Assembly: GCF_964204645.1 (NCBI RefSeq)
Contig: NC_134025.1
Span: 9,982,001 to 10,046,000, forward strand
Source of the DNA: Tubulanus polymorphus
Lineage: Eukaryota > Animalia > Nemertea
Direction of reading: 5' to 3'
Length of the DNA stretch: 64,000 bases
Below are positions 23,460 to 38,000 of this stretch, piece after piece; the stretch's first letter is position 1; each line of letters starts with the position of its first letter. The notes beneath the pieces were generated by a model, which ran no database searches, was not told the origin of the DNA, and saw only the letters and a list, made by a program, of their open reading frames with translations. The position numbers and the translations under genes were made by a program.

Positions 23460-26080
23460 TTAATCTGATGGAAGACGTTTTTATTTCCTCCAGAATTAAA
23501 TTAACACACATTCAAAAATCCAGAAATGATTGTACATACAAGGGAATTGTCAGAGTTTATTTTCAACATTTTACAATATACAATTGTTTCAACCTCACTT
23601 GCAGCATCTTTCCTATATCTCATATTTTGACAGAACATTTTGAAAAAAGGGAATGTACGCAAGTTAATAACATAAGTCATTCTAAAATAATGAATGAAGG
23701 AAAAAATGGAATGGTTTTAAAGTATGTTACTACTACAGTCAAAATACTAATACTCTCTAGGTGAGTTAGCTGCTTTAGATTTCTCAGATCGGTCATGGAT
23801 ACAAACTAGAGAAAGCTCTTGGTTTGGTCAATCCTTTCTAAATGGACCTACTGAACACTTCTTTGACTCGCTCTGAATCAATTACGGTAACAGCGACAAG
23901 CCTTGTGATCTGCATAGAAGCAGTCATCCAAGAAAAGGGATTTCCCGTCATCTAATTAATAATTCCTATTATCCAATTCATGTGTGATTATTATGATAAA
24001 AAATCAACTCATTAACCAAGACAGTTTGTCTTTTGTCGTTATTCATTACGGAAGAATGAGAAATTTGAATGGATAGTCAATTATTACAGTTTCAGAAGAA
24101 AATTCTTAATATTGTCAAGTCAGAGTTAATGATACCTTGCATGATCATTGATTCATGCATTTGATTGAAAATTAAACTTGTTAATTTTTGTCATTATTGA
24201 TTATGAAATAATTGCAAACTAAATACATTATGAATTATTGCAAATTCAATTGTACGAATTTCAAATCGGGTCGATTAGTGGTATATATTTGTCCAAGATA
24301 TTTCTTACTTTATGACTAACTTCAAGTGCATCGTAATCAAGCAGGGTCGTCGGAACTGGCTCGGAGCGTGTTACTACCCCCAAATGTTTCGAAAATATGT
24401 TACAACATTGATATAATACGATTCCCCGGTACTCAAATATAACCACCTCGGACCTCTTTCCTCGATTCAAACAGCCCTGATAAGCGAACAAAAGCTAGAA
24501 AAAATCGTCCGTCTAAAAATCATTAATTTTGATTAATTAATTAATTAGATAAATCTACTCCATGCATATTTAACAAATTCATCATATAATATAATCTCTA
24601 TCTGCATAAATCTAGTGTAACTTACACCAATAATTTTATATATAACTTAATTTAACCATTAAATTTACATTCAATTTACAACTGTTTATCATAATCAATT
24701 ACCCTTTAAAAATCAATAATCACTCCGTATCTTCGATCATAGTTAACAGTATGGGTTGTTCCACAAAATACATTTTGTAGTCGTCTTACACATCGAAAAT
24801 CGCCAATTCTCTGCTCTTCAGAAAAAAGCTATGATAACCTAAATTAAAGTCGTAAGTAATAGTACGAAGTGAAGATAATACAGTTACATTCTGCGTCGGA
24901 ACTCACTTTCTTAAATTACTTTGATTAATTACATCAAGTTCGTTGATTAGTGATATCAAACAACCTGAAGCAATCAGCAAGATGATCGTTAAAAAACACA
25001 CTACTAAACTAAATTTGGCAGAAGTCACTTTTCTTTTGAAGAAAAAATCATAAACAAAAAACATATGTAACACAACTCTACGCTGCAAAATAAATCGACT
25101 CGTCCAAAGACCTACACGCGCATAATACAATGCTTCGTCCCAATGTAGAAAATCCCTGGAAAGTTCTTGCACTGGCAATCGTCAAAACATCGATATTAAT
25201 ATAACAAAACAAATCAAATATCACACCGTGTTAATAAATGCAAAACATACCAATTCTATTTACAAACTACATCAAACCATCGTGTATTTGGCAAGTATGT
25301 GATCGTTAGCACATTATAAAAAATGTTTATCGGTTAAAAAATGCCCTCTAATCATCGGTTTCTTTTCAAAATCAAGAGCGAAAAAGAAACATTGTCAAGG
25401 TGTCATCTAGCCGACTGAGTTACGGTAATGAAAAACCGTTTCGACAAGGCTCATTTCGTGATGTATACGATATATATTCGATTACACATGGATCTTATGT
25501 TTAATCGTCGTCGTTGATTCAGTTTGCACTCGATATTTTATCAATTAAAGCACATCAAAGTAAGTAAGCATATAATGATGGTCTGAAAACAAAGGATCGC
25601 CAATGAATCAATATCTATTCACAATATATTCACATGTAAGTTTTGTACATAATTTCACAAACAGCATTTTGAGGATCTCTACCACACTTGCATCAATAAT
25701 GATGGTGTATTACCTTGTTGACCATTGCCCACATCGTATTTCGCATAATCATTCCCTAATGCAATAATGAAATTTCATTATCTAATACTGTTAAGAATAT
25801 TGCCAAGGCAAAATGAACTCAAAATTACGGAAATTGCACCTGTTTTACTGTTATCGTTCGGACCCAGTTCGAAGGTAATTGGTGTATTTCATTATCACCC
25901 GTCAAATGATTAGAAAAGAGTTGAACTTAACAAAAAATTATTTGAACTGGGTCCAGAGTTTCTGATACACTTCATATACTAAACATAAGCAGCTGTCTCG
26001 TGATGAAAAACTATTTTACAAACTTGGATATGTTCAGAGTTGATTTTGAATTATTCAACTATGTAAAAACCCAGACGTGA
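23460..26080 (-). other. Putative PRDM1 3'UTR (about 2.6 kb)
   Basis: AU-rich sequence after the stop codon. Minus-strand AATAAA at 23480-23485 and 23556-23561. Confidence 0.5.
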
Positions 26081-29000
26081 TTATGACTGGACAGAGATTT
26101 CCTGTTCCCCGCCGTTAGTTTGAAAGATCGACTCCATTTTCTCAGGTAACGTACCCGACGAGTCCTTTGATTCTGACAACATATCGCTGCCGGCCGACGA
26201 ATCGAGCATGATTTCCTCCTCTTCCGAGTCGAACTGGCAGACGTTCTCGACGTCCAACTCTTCCATATCGCCGAATTTCTCTTCATCCCCGTCTTTACTA
26301 AGCATGTGTATATCAATGTTCGTGTTCGGCGGCATGCAGTTACCAGTTTTCCAGTGAGTTTTCAATCCGCTGGCGCTGATGTATTTACGGTTGCATTTCG
26401 GGCATTCGTACGGGCGTTCGTTCGTGTGCAGACGCTTGTGCAACTTCAGGTGTACGAACTGCGTAAATTTGGCCGGACACAGTTTACATTGGAATGGCTT
26501 TTCGCCGCTGTGCAAGCGCATATGAGTTTTCAAGTTGCTCGTGCTGCTGAAACGTTTGTGACACACGGTGCACTCGTGAGGTTTTTCACCCGTATGAACG
26601 AGGTAATGTTTCTGGAGGTGCGCCAGTTGGGTAAAACCCTTGCCGCACGTTTGACAAGTGAACGGACGTTCGCCCGTATGCGTACGCAAGTGAACCTTCA
26701 AGTTCGATAACTGACCGAATGTCTTAAAGCATATGTTACATTCGTAGTGCATGCGTCCGTCCTTTTTCTTCAAAGGATACGGTAGCGATTTATACCCGCG
26801 AGCGCTGAAACTCGGCGACATGGCCGACTTCGGTTTCGACAAGTTAAGCGCCTGTTCAGCGGCGCTGGTATGCGGCTTCGAAATAATCGGCGTCGACGGC
26901 TGAGAGGTTTGCATCGACTGGCTGTAGCCGTTCAGCATACTTTGGTACAGCGCCGGGTACATCTGCCACGCCAAATTCGGATTACACATTTGTAACATCG
27001 GATTTAAAGCGTAGAGCGTCGACACACTCGGGTTCGGAAACATGTACGGCGATATCGGCGTCTTCACGAGCGCTTTTGAATCCAGCATCGGAAATCGCGG
27101 CGGTATTTCGGGCTTCGAAAGCGGAACTGGAATCATCGGAGGAGGGTGAGGTATATTAGGCGGTATGCTCGGATGCGTTCGATAAGGGAATGGTAGAAAA
27201 CTCGAATGCGGCGGATTTCGATGATTTTCCATCGGATTCTCCAGTTTCGCCATCGGCGGCGCGATCAAACCGGCCAGTTTGCCGTTGCGGTGCACGTCCA
27301 TGATATCGTGACTTTGGCGAAGTTTTTTCATGAAAATGTTCTCGGAAATCTCGTCGATCGGTCGCTTGTACGGCAGCAAACTCGGCGGCTGCGAAGGCGG
27401 CGAGAATCCGTTGCGCACAGACGCGTCTTTCGCCAGAACAGGAGACGGCGGCGACAGTATACGAGAGCCGGCGACCTTCGGTACGTGCGACATAATCGGA
27501 ATAGGCGAAATAGGAGTAATTTTCTGCTGCCTATTTGTTTGATGATCGACTGCCATAGGATAGCCGATCGACGGTTTCTTCTCACACGACGTTGAGTTTT
27601 TAGGACTAGTTATCGGACTCCACGGCTGGAACTCCTCTTTTTTGGGCGTTTTATACGCTACGGTATTATCGACGGAGTCTACGCCGCTGTTTTTCGTCGT
27701 CGCATTGTCATTTCCGTCCAAACTCTCCGCTCGACGCGGCGATAATTGTTCCGAACGATCGTAATCGCAGCTGAGCGGGCCTTCTCGTCGACGAATACTG
27801 AAGTCCAACGCGAGGCTGTCCGTCGACAGCGACGACGAATGCGAACGATCGAATACGTCTTCGTGGTCGGAGCACGAATCATCGGATTTGTAGCTAGATT
27901 TGAAAACTTTGCGCGGCGTCTTCATTTCTGGTAACTTCAGTTCTTTTTCTGCAACGACAATAACATAAACATTGTATGAAGAATATTCACAGATAAAAAG
28001 ACACAAGTCTATTTTGATGATTGATTTCAAAACAGTGTGGCCACTATTCACCCATTAACAAATCCCCTGAGTTTTCCATGATTTTTCCATGTGATTACAT
28101 ACAATTCCCGGAATGAATCAGAAAAATATCCAGGTTTATCCATTTTTCATTGAATCATGTATTGATAAAGAAACATGTAGTCAATAACATATCCAAATTC
28201 TCTGAATTTTCCAGGTTTTTGGTAAAATTTGTCAAATTCCTGATTTTTTTTCAAGATTTTCGCTGATTCTCTGAGTTTTCCAAAGTTTTCTAGGTCAGTG
28301 GCCACTCTGCATGAGTTAAACCAACAAAACATCAGTTTCTACCATAGTTTCATACGATGCTTACTTATTTCTTTAATCATTTGTTCGCCGGTCGTCGGAT
28401 AGTTCAAGCGTTCGGCGAACTCTTTACAGTACCAGACGAGCAGCTCCGAGTTCGGGTGGATCGGTTTGATCGTGTAGAAATAGATGTCGTAGTCGACCTG
28501 ACAAGCGATCAGGTTCTGCTCGTCCTGGTTGTGCGCCGGATTCACGAATCGCATCCAGTTACTTTTCGTGACGTCGAAGCCGTCGATGTAGAAGTACAAT
28601 TCGTTATCTTTGTACACCTGGCGAAACACGAAAAAGGATTATCTACATTAATAGCGGCTTTATGAATATGAATATCAACGATTATAAGCGAGGTGAATAC
28701 ATATTTTCGATTGTCCGAATATATATACTCGGGTTATGAAGCGAAAGCAGTTCAACTGTCCATTTCTTAGTCTAGTGGCTCTTTGAAGTGGACACGGTCG
28801 GCGGGCGATCGCGATTTTATTATGACCAATAAAAAGGAAATTTCTCCTCGAAACTCACGCGCTGGAAACATATCGCGCATATTGAATACACCTATTGAAA
28901 CGGATTCCTTAAGATCGTATTATGTATCTTGTCAATTACAAGCAATTTCCATAAAACATTTGCTTACGTCGCGCATGGCGTGGCCGCGCACGTAGACCGC

Positions 29001-32000
29001 CGCGGTGAAAAGGGTGTTTCACGGCCCGGCGATTGTTAGTCTAATCCATTTCAACGGATTATCGAAGCGCTGAAAAGCGCGATATCTGTTCGAGAAGCCA
29101 CCGCGCGGACAATGGAATTTAGGTTCTAATAACAGCACGCGCAATCCCCTAAAACCGATGAATGCGAATTATCCGCCACAGCCGACCGCTTAATGAGAAT
29201 CGGTGAAAAGCTTTTTTTCGGCGGAAAGTGAAGCGAATGACGATTTTCAATAAAGCACGTTCTTCCGTGGGGGGAGGGGGTAGTGCGTCAACGCGGTTTT
29301 ATGAAATGAAAGCGAATATTAATGAAACAACAAGTTTAGATGGGTTACTCACGCTGCGAACGCATTAGTGTCACATTAGTCGAAATAGCGGGTTTGTTTG
29401 CCTAATTCCGACGGAATAATTTCTATGTTACACTATGCGAAATACACCTCGGCACTGAAGCACCCGAGACAATCTATTTCAAAACACCGGGGACCCATAC
29501 CTATGTATAGAAATTTTTTTGATCGCGCAACGCATGATCAAATGTTTAAAAGAAAACCGTAATAACGCGTGCTAGAAAAATCCGGCTGGTATTATAGACA
29601 CGAAAAAACCTCTGGACACACGATCTTTGAACTCCGGTCTAAGAACATTAAACGTATATAAAAACTAATAAAACTCACTGGACAGAAGCGTTATCATTGT
29701 GCTATCATTTCTAAACTTTCTCGACAAAACAAGCAACAATAACTATACGCGCATATTCCTCGTAATGCATAACTGGTTCTGAATGGCAATAAAAAGTCAC
29801 AGACTTAAAGCCGACCTAACAGTAAACTTTTGCAGATCCATTGCCTATGGGCAGTTTACTAGTAATGTGAGGTCGTAAACAAATGATTGCATTTTGATAT
29901 TGTGTTAAATTTTGTCTTTTATGACTGCGTAGTCTATGGGACATTCTAATGTGCCCGGTGTTGCGCAGTGTTAAGGGGCATGTTCTACCATCCTTGCACT
30001 CGGCTATTCACAGGGTCACTGAACACTATAGAGGCTCCTTTTCAATGAAGTATCTATAAATCTCCATAGAATTACGGAGCGCCCAAAAAGGAAAAGTACC
30101 CATAGCTGAGGAACGAACTATTGAAAACGTCGATACAATAACTGTCAGCTTTATAGTCTAAAGAAGATAAATGAGAACGAGCTGAAAGAAAGTTTCCCCG
30201 GCCCCGGTGATGCTAAATAGGACCGCTATGACAAGGTTGTAAAACAACTTTTTCTCGAAGTTCAGAGGGATGATTTCGTTATTGTCTTTTCGAAAGAAAG
30301 CCATCTGTTGAATATCGCTTTAAAAAGCATGTAGATAAACGTGCCTTTTACAACGGAATAGGTACTAGTTTTCATGGTCGCTTTCGTACAAAATTCGTCA
30401 ACCGTTGCACAAAGACTTTCTTTACACGAATGTTGCGAGCGTACTCACAATGAGATAGAGGACGCGACGAAAAACACTTACCCTCCAAAAATATTTCTTA
30501 TTAGCACTACTCGGTACTTGATCCTTCGTGAATATGTTGCCCATGAGCGGGCCGAATCTCGTGCCCTTGGGAATGAACTCCGTACTCCAAACTCCGGGTA
30601 CCTGTAAAGATATCGAAAAAGAAATTGCACGTGAAAAGTTCGTTAATCGTTTTCGAAATCTAAGGTCGTAAATCTCTCGGTCATGGCTCTACATTTTGAT
30701 AAGCGTCCATAAACATTTTGTTTGAAAAACCGACGTTTCCGAAAACGCTCGAAAACGCACGTAGAAATACCGGCAAGGTTTGATAGCAAAGAAAGTGTTT
30801 GTATTCGAAGGGACGAAATCCATTTAGTTTCTAATAAATGTTTAAATAGGAGAGCTGTTAACGTCAACCCGAAGACGCGCATACATAAATTCTCTTTTTT
30901 AGTCGGCCCTAAAATTTTGCGGAATTAGATGTAAGCACAGGCGCTCGAAATTCATAACTATAAATCAGACATAGAATCTGACGCATGAACGCCGGAGATA
31001 ACTTCAACGCGAGATGATCCATAGTCCGACCGAGACTTGTCCGCGCATACCGACGAGATCATTAGCGGCGCGTCAGCCGAGTACAAAAACAGACGCCGGA
31101 CTAATGACTCGCGTCGGAAATGGTCGAAGCGGCGCTTTCTTCGCGAATTGAAAGGCGTTCATTCAAACTTTCCCTCGCCCCATTTTTTCCAAAACGAAGT
31201 CCCCGGTCGCCGGGGACCGGGCATCTTTGTACTACACACGTGAAATGGAACGGGAGTAGGTAATAGGGCATAAATATCGCTACGCATCACGTCGACCCGG
31301 CGCGCTATAGTCATAAATCTACATCCGCCCGGATTGACAAGTGCAACAACGACGAACGGATTCAAAAGATTTCTTTCTTTTGCGAATCCCGATATGGCGT
31401 CTCTCCGGGCATCGCGGCTTATTCGAAGTTCGTCCTCTATTTTCGAGTTTAACAGTAACTAGTAAGATGCAAGATTTGTCGCGTAACTATGTAATTAGTC
31501 GAGGCGAACGGATGCGGGCCGAGGCATTTCGACGGTGGCGTGAAATTGCCGGCTACGATCGTGGCACCGTCGGTTTTCTGACCTACCAATGAGATAAGTA
31601 TTACCTGGCGCGGCCGTTGTAGCTTTACAAATTACGCTGACAGTTATATACACAGTGGGTGTAATCACCATTTCGCATCTCGGCATTGTGGCGAGCACAT
31701 AGAATCGTTTCGTGCAATCGCGGTCACCTGCTGACGCGCCTGAATCCAGCGAACAATATGGCACCGTACTCCTTTCGTTGAAATCATTTTTGCTCGGCTG
31801 CGTGTGACCCTCTTCGTCGGGCGGCGCGAAGACACCGAGAATATTCGTATTCAAATAGAAAATTAGAAATAAAAAAGAAAAAAAAACGCGCATCCCTACC
31901 TACACAATGTACTGACATTTTATGTGCACGATACACAAAAAAGAACTCCCCAAAAAAAAAAAAAGAAGGAACTCCCGCGCCATTCATGAATGCGATGGGA

Positions 32001-35000
32001 ATTTCAAAACCTTCCAGCGCGCATTAGACGAGTGAAAGCTACTTAAAATGCCTGGAAAATGGTTTCATTTTGTAAATAAACTCCTGAATGAACGGGATCT
32101 TCCGACAGATAATAAGCGGCTTACGGCATTATTCGCGCTCGAGAAATTGTGACCGAAAATACAAAACTTGTTATTCTATTTATTTCAATTTCGTTTCGCG
32201 ACTGAATGAGAACACGACTTAAAATCGCAATAAAACAGCTTTCATCGAAGCAGTGCGGCCCGAACGAACGATAAAGAGAGCATCAAAAAATGAGGAGATT
32301 GCTCCGGACTGAATAGCGCCGCTAGCCGATCTGACCTCGCCCCGATAGAAAATGGGAGCATATGCAATTATTCAGCTTCAAAAAATACGAATTGTTTGCG
32401 AAATACGCAGTATTCGAAGTTCAAGCGATTTTACCCTCGGGGTTTTGGTGATTAATTGACTACGAGCGAACTGAGTGAACGTGGTCGCGGTGGTGAACTT
32501 TCCCTCGAAAAATCATCATCAAAATACCAGGTGCCACAAGCATTTTTCTGGTCCGGGGGTCATTCTATTGTGCGTCGAGGATGTCCTTTTGACGAAAGTT
32601 TTACTTTTACTGCCTTTTCAACGGATAACGAACCAACCTGCGCGCTATGTGGTCGGGCTAATGAAATGGCCATCTACAACACACACAAAAAAACGTGAGA
32701 AAAAACATGCGCTGGTTAGGGCTGTGCGCTGTTTATTTTTGGGCGATGCCTTGACTACACACGTGAATATTCCGAGGACATTAACGCCGCATACCGTCAT
32801 CAATCCTCCCATCTGCTTAATTGCCCCCTGACTTTGCATATATCACCGAGTTTTCGTTTGCTGACAACAAATGAATTAGTCCGATATTGCTTATAATAAC
32901 AGTTTACCTGATTTCTGGTGGAAACATGTAATTTCGTAAAGCCCGGCCCGAATGTGTGTTTAATTGATTGTGTCACCTTCCTCGCAACTAATGATAGCCA
33001 TCGTACGCTAGTGGGATGCCGATCGGTGATCGTTGCATAAGATCCAAAGCTAGCCAGATTCTGACAGACCTCCGGCTCGGCTGGTCAATTGAAATTAATG
33101 AGTATGCGTTCCACCCATAGCTCGGACGTGGCGTAAACGCGCTGACCAACAGATTGATAAATCAAGCTTAAATAATTAAGAGGTAGGGAGCCGGCCACTT
33201 CAACCGCTCTTGGTAATGAAGGATCAATGCAGGTGTGAGCGGCGTGTACATTTGTGACCATTAAATTATTAGTACCTAACAGGGACAAAGGCTGGAAGAT
33301 CAAATGTTTCATCGCTCATGGTGTCTCTCCATCAAGAGGTCTGAATGCGAATTCCAGTGAGCAATATTTCTACTCTAAAGTAAATGATATACCGACTCCA
33401 AAATTTGTTTTTTTCAATATCGCCTACCTTTCAGTAACATCATACCTATACCAAGGAGGGATTCAGCAGACTCTTAAGATCTGCTTCATAATCCACTGAT
33501 TTCAGACGGCTCAGAACTGTCCTGTAGGGTGGATCAGTTCAGTTTCGCCAGCTATTCGTACAGAACATTTTCTATAGGGCACAAAACAGGCGATTTTTGC
33601 GATAAACGTAGAATATGCCCGTTTAGCTTAAGAAGAAACGTTCACAAAAGTTCGGCAAGCGACAAGTAAAAAAAAATATAAGAAAGGAAGATAGGTATAT
33701 ATCAAATAATAAAGGTATCATTCTCTATTATACTCGGTAGATGCCAAATCCATGTGCTGCACATTGCGACATACAGCATTAATTTATTGTAATGTTTCGA
33801 AAAAAATACATCATCAACATATCACGCCCGACGCCGAACAAAACTCGCTCTTACAAACTCGACCGGTAAAAATATAGTACGCATTTATATCATTTTTCGC
33901 TCAGAAAGTCAAAGCATTCTGCGGTGGAGAGTTTAACAAACATAAAAGATGATTTATCGATAAAACATTTGCGTATATTTATAAAACACGAACATCTGCT
34001 CGTATTTATTTTGCTTATCACTTTTCATGACCACATAAGGCATCGAAGGAGTCGGCGTTGTTCGTTTTGAAAACCCGTAAAATGCTTATCTAGAATGTCC
34101 ATCTGTCTTTTAATCGAATTTAAAGCTTTCCGTGAATTTCCCCCGATCACGAAAAGTGCGCCACGCCACTTCAAGGCACTCGACGGCTTTTGACGCAGCA
34201 GAATGGCAACCGGAAGACTTATCATACACTTTCGTACAGCCCTTTTCATGCACTCATGTCCGTCTACGATAAATAAGCCATATACAGCTATAGTGTTTTG
34301 GAAAGTAAACAGGGTCGTGCCTTCGAAAAGCCCGAAAGACTACACACAAGCAAGACCTTGACAAGTTCCGAATATATATGTGTGTCAGTGGGAAGGTCCA
34401 ATTTTTGTAAATAATTGTTTTCTATTCATATTACGAACCCCGGTGTGTTTGGGGGTTGAAAACATAAAAGAATAAATGCGTAATATCCCCACTGACATAT
34501 ACTAGATGTATAGCGTTTCTAGATCTTTACATTGAAAGTGAAAACGGTAGGGTGCATACTATCCGCTGTGGGCTTGGTTTTTTAACGGTTTTCAACGCGT
34601 ACCTCCTACCCGATAGCGTGATTGTTCTTTCGTTTGCATCGATTTCTACAAAATAAACCTAAATAACGACGACACTGCCGGGCCCCGGGCTCTTATCGCT
34701 CGTAATTAAACCGTAGCCCAAAGACAGGAAAAATGAAAGCGCACAGGCGTTTTAATGAATACAGTTTTTCATATACGAACCAGTTTAACGCGAAAAAAAA
34801 AAAACTCGCGATTCATTTTGAAAGCCTTTTCATGCACGAGGCCCTTTCATCTACCGTGGTAAGTTCCCGTCTGAACACCAGGGGGCCGCCGTCGTTAGTC
34901 GGACGGCTGTTGTGAGCAGAAACGACGAGTTGGACAAAAGAGACACGGAATATCTGTAACTGCTCGCACAAAGAACGCGGCCGTAGCCGACTATTCGCGC

Positions 35001-38000
35001 ACAACAGGATTTCAATAAGCGATTACTACTGAAAATCATCGTCTCAAGTGTCAGGCAGCATACGTCAAAGGGGCGGAATCTTGGTTTTTATTTTTCAATA
35101 TGTGTATAGACTATGTTTTTTTTCTACTATTCATAGCGTTTAATAACGAGCTGTAAAAGAACAAATTACGGCAATAGAATCGAATAATTTTTGTTTTCAT
35201 GTTCGATCAATGCAATAAACATCGGTTTCACAATCGGAACTTTCCTCGTTAAAAACTTCCCCGAGGATTTTCGTGATTTCGTTTACTGTTGGGAAAAATA
35301 TGTATACAGTAAACGTCGCCTAACTCGGACTAACTGGGACTAGTAAAGGTCTGGGACTTGGTCCAAGGTAAACGAAGTTAGTTAACTAATCGACAGTGGT
35401 AAGCTTATATAATCGGATGGGCTTATGCTGATGTGGTTTGTGAAAATATCCGATTGTGAAACTAAACCATAGAGCGGTTATCGACTAAGTTAAGGATAGG
35501 AAAATACGTTAGGAAGTCATAAAGATGATTTCGTTTTAATCAAAGTTAGTCGAAAGTGCGAGTTGGCCATGTCCGAGTTAAACGAGGTTTACTGCATAGG
35601 ACATATTTGAAAATTTCAAGAGATTTACGTTCGTTTTCAAGAGAATTACGTTCGTTACATTCATAATAGATTCAAAATACATAGTTAATCAGTGGTATTC
35701 ATGAAAATATATCAGATCGCGTAGAAAAATGGCCGCACCTGATGAGAGAGGAGATAAAAAAACGTCAAACAAATTCTAGCTCGGAGCACAGTCGAAGTCA
35801 TGTTTCCGGTGGCCTTTGTCATCGTGAAGAAAAAAAAAAAAATCCCGAACATTCATAAAAATATCTTATCAAAAAATAAACTTCGAACGATACGAATTCA
35901 ATAGCGCTCAAGACTGACAGAGTTTGATTAGTATGAAAAGGACATTTTTTTTTTCGTTTCATTCAACAGATGATCTAAATTCAAACAACGAACGGAATTT
36001 GAGTCGGCCAGCGAAGATCTCGCACTTAATAAAGACACAAGATGATTGAACTTTCAACCCTTGCACAATAGTGTGCGCGCATCGAGAATCAAAACTTTCT
36101 CGACGCTGGTATCATTACCGACAACTACCGCGTTGTCATTCCGTCGGCGTAATGAGACATTCCGCGCTCTCGTAAACCCAGCCCACGATCATAATAATAC
36201 GAATTATCATCGCGGATTTCAAAATGCGCCGGTAAACATCTGCTGGTGCGCGTACAAATCGAAGAATCCGAGAATTCGAGTGAAATAATAACCACTGCGA
36301 AACTTGTCATTATTCACACATCGCCATTCAGAGCGATTTCGAAAATTCGCACATCCAAACATCGCCTCCCGAGACACTCGGAACTGACTTCGTAACGGAA
36401 GGCATCTGTCCTTTTCGAGTCGTGTGACATAAAATTTACAGTCCGCCTTAATGTCGCGATTAGAATTAATGCATCTGTGTTTACAACTACGATAAAAGCA
36501 ATAACATCAACGAAGTTTAATGCGTTTTACTTATCGGAGAAAAAACACATCTGCATGGTATGCATCGCGTTTTTTTTCGATAAAAGGGTTTCTCTTTTAT
36601 CGCAGTGAATCCACGATAAAAATACAACGTAATCGCTTTAAAAGCTTTTATTTCTTTTACGTTGTTCTAGATCGAGGTTAAATTTCACGGGAAATTTTGT
36701 CAACTTTCAAGTTTCATCAATGGAAGATCGTCGTATATTTTGCCATATCTCACAATCTGTTAATGGTTACAAATTCTTTTTAGAATTTGTGTCCGGTTAT
36801 CAATATCAAATCTATTCAAAGCTGCATCCATAGAATTTTGAATTAAGTTTACCAGTCCTAGAGTTCTATAGCATTTTCAATTAAGTGTACCAGTCCTAGG
36901 AGTTCTATGGCATTTTGAATTAAGTTTACCAGTCCTAGAGTTCTATAGCATTTTGAATTAAGTTTACCAGTCCTAGAGTTCTATAGCATTTTGAATTAAG
37001 TTTACCAGTCCTAGAGTTCTATAGCATTTTCAATTAGGTTTACCAGTCCTAGAGTTCTATAGCATTTTCAATTAAGTGTACCAGTCCTAGGAGTTCTATG
37101 GCATTTTCAATTAAGTTTACCAGTCCTAGAGTTCTATAGCATTTTGAATTAAGTTTACTAGTCCTAGAGTTCTATAGCATTTTGAATTAAGTTTACCAGT
37201 CCTAGAGTTCTATAGCATTTTGAATCAAGTTTACCAGTCCTAGAGTTCTATAGCATTTTGAATTAAGTTTACTAGTCCCAGTGTTCTATAGCATTTTGAA
37301 TTAAGTTTACCAGTCCTAGAGTTCTATAGCATTTTGTATTAAGTTTACCAGTCCTAGAGTTCTACGGCATTTTGAATTAAGTTTACCAGTCCTAGAGTTC
37401 TATAGCATTTTGAATTAAGTTTACCAGTCCTAGAGTTCTACAGATTTTGAATTAAGTGTACCAGTCCTAGGAGTTCTATGGCATCTTGAATTAAGTTTAC
37501 CAGTCCCAGAGTTCTATAGAATTATGAATTAAGTTTACCAGTCCTAGAGTCCTATAGAATTTTCAATTGGTTTACCAGTCCTACAGTCCTAAAGAATTTT
37601 CAATTAAGTTTACCAGTCCTAGAGTTCTATAGAATTTTCAATTAAGTTTACCAGTCCTAGAGTCCAATAGAATTTCCAATTAAGTTTACCAGTCCTATAG
37701 TTCATGGTTCATATATCTCAGCATGTTTTTTTTCATGGCACATGGTTCGTACATAAATCGCTCACCACTTTCTTCTTTTTCGAATGCGACGGAATATAGG
37801 GCCAATGCACCCGATCGGAGTGATGAATTGAGCAGTATATCCGTCGCTTTTCTTAGGAGAGAAAGAAACATGAATGGCAGCCCCCCTCATCCCGAGCGAG
37901 ACCGCAGCCTGAGAGAGTAATCAATCTTCGACGTCAAACGTGAAAGAAACATAAAGCCTATAGATTTTCAAGGAAGAGTGTCGCGGACAAAAATCCGCTT

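Noticed and set aside
27949-28051. N-terminus of the 656-aa ORF ([10 protein letters not shown]...)
   Set aside because: Intronic and partly MITE-derived; the exon begins at the acceptor at 27948.
31495-31893. Possible alternative PRDM1 exon (minus-strand ORF with a CAG|GTAATA donor near 31607)
   Set aside because: The ORF is phase 1 at the donor but the next exon needs phase 0, and the compatible frame has a stop. It could only be a non-coding alternative first exon, which I cannot support without RNA data.
36829-37703. CRISPR-like array of about 38-bp repeats
   Set aside because: Repeats are contiguous with no unique spacers, there are no cas genes and the context is eukaryotic. It is a minisatellite.
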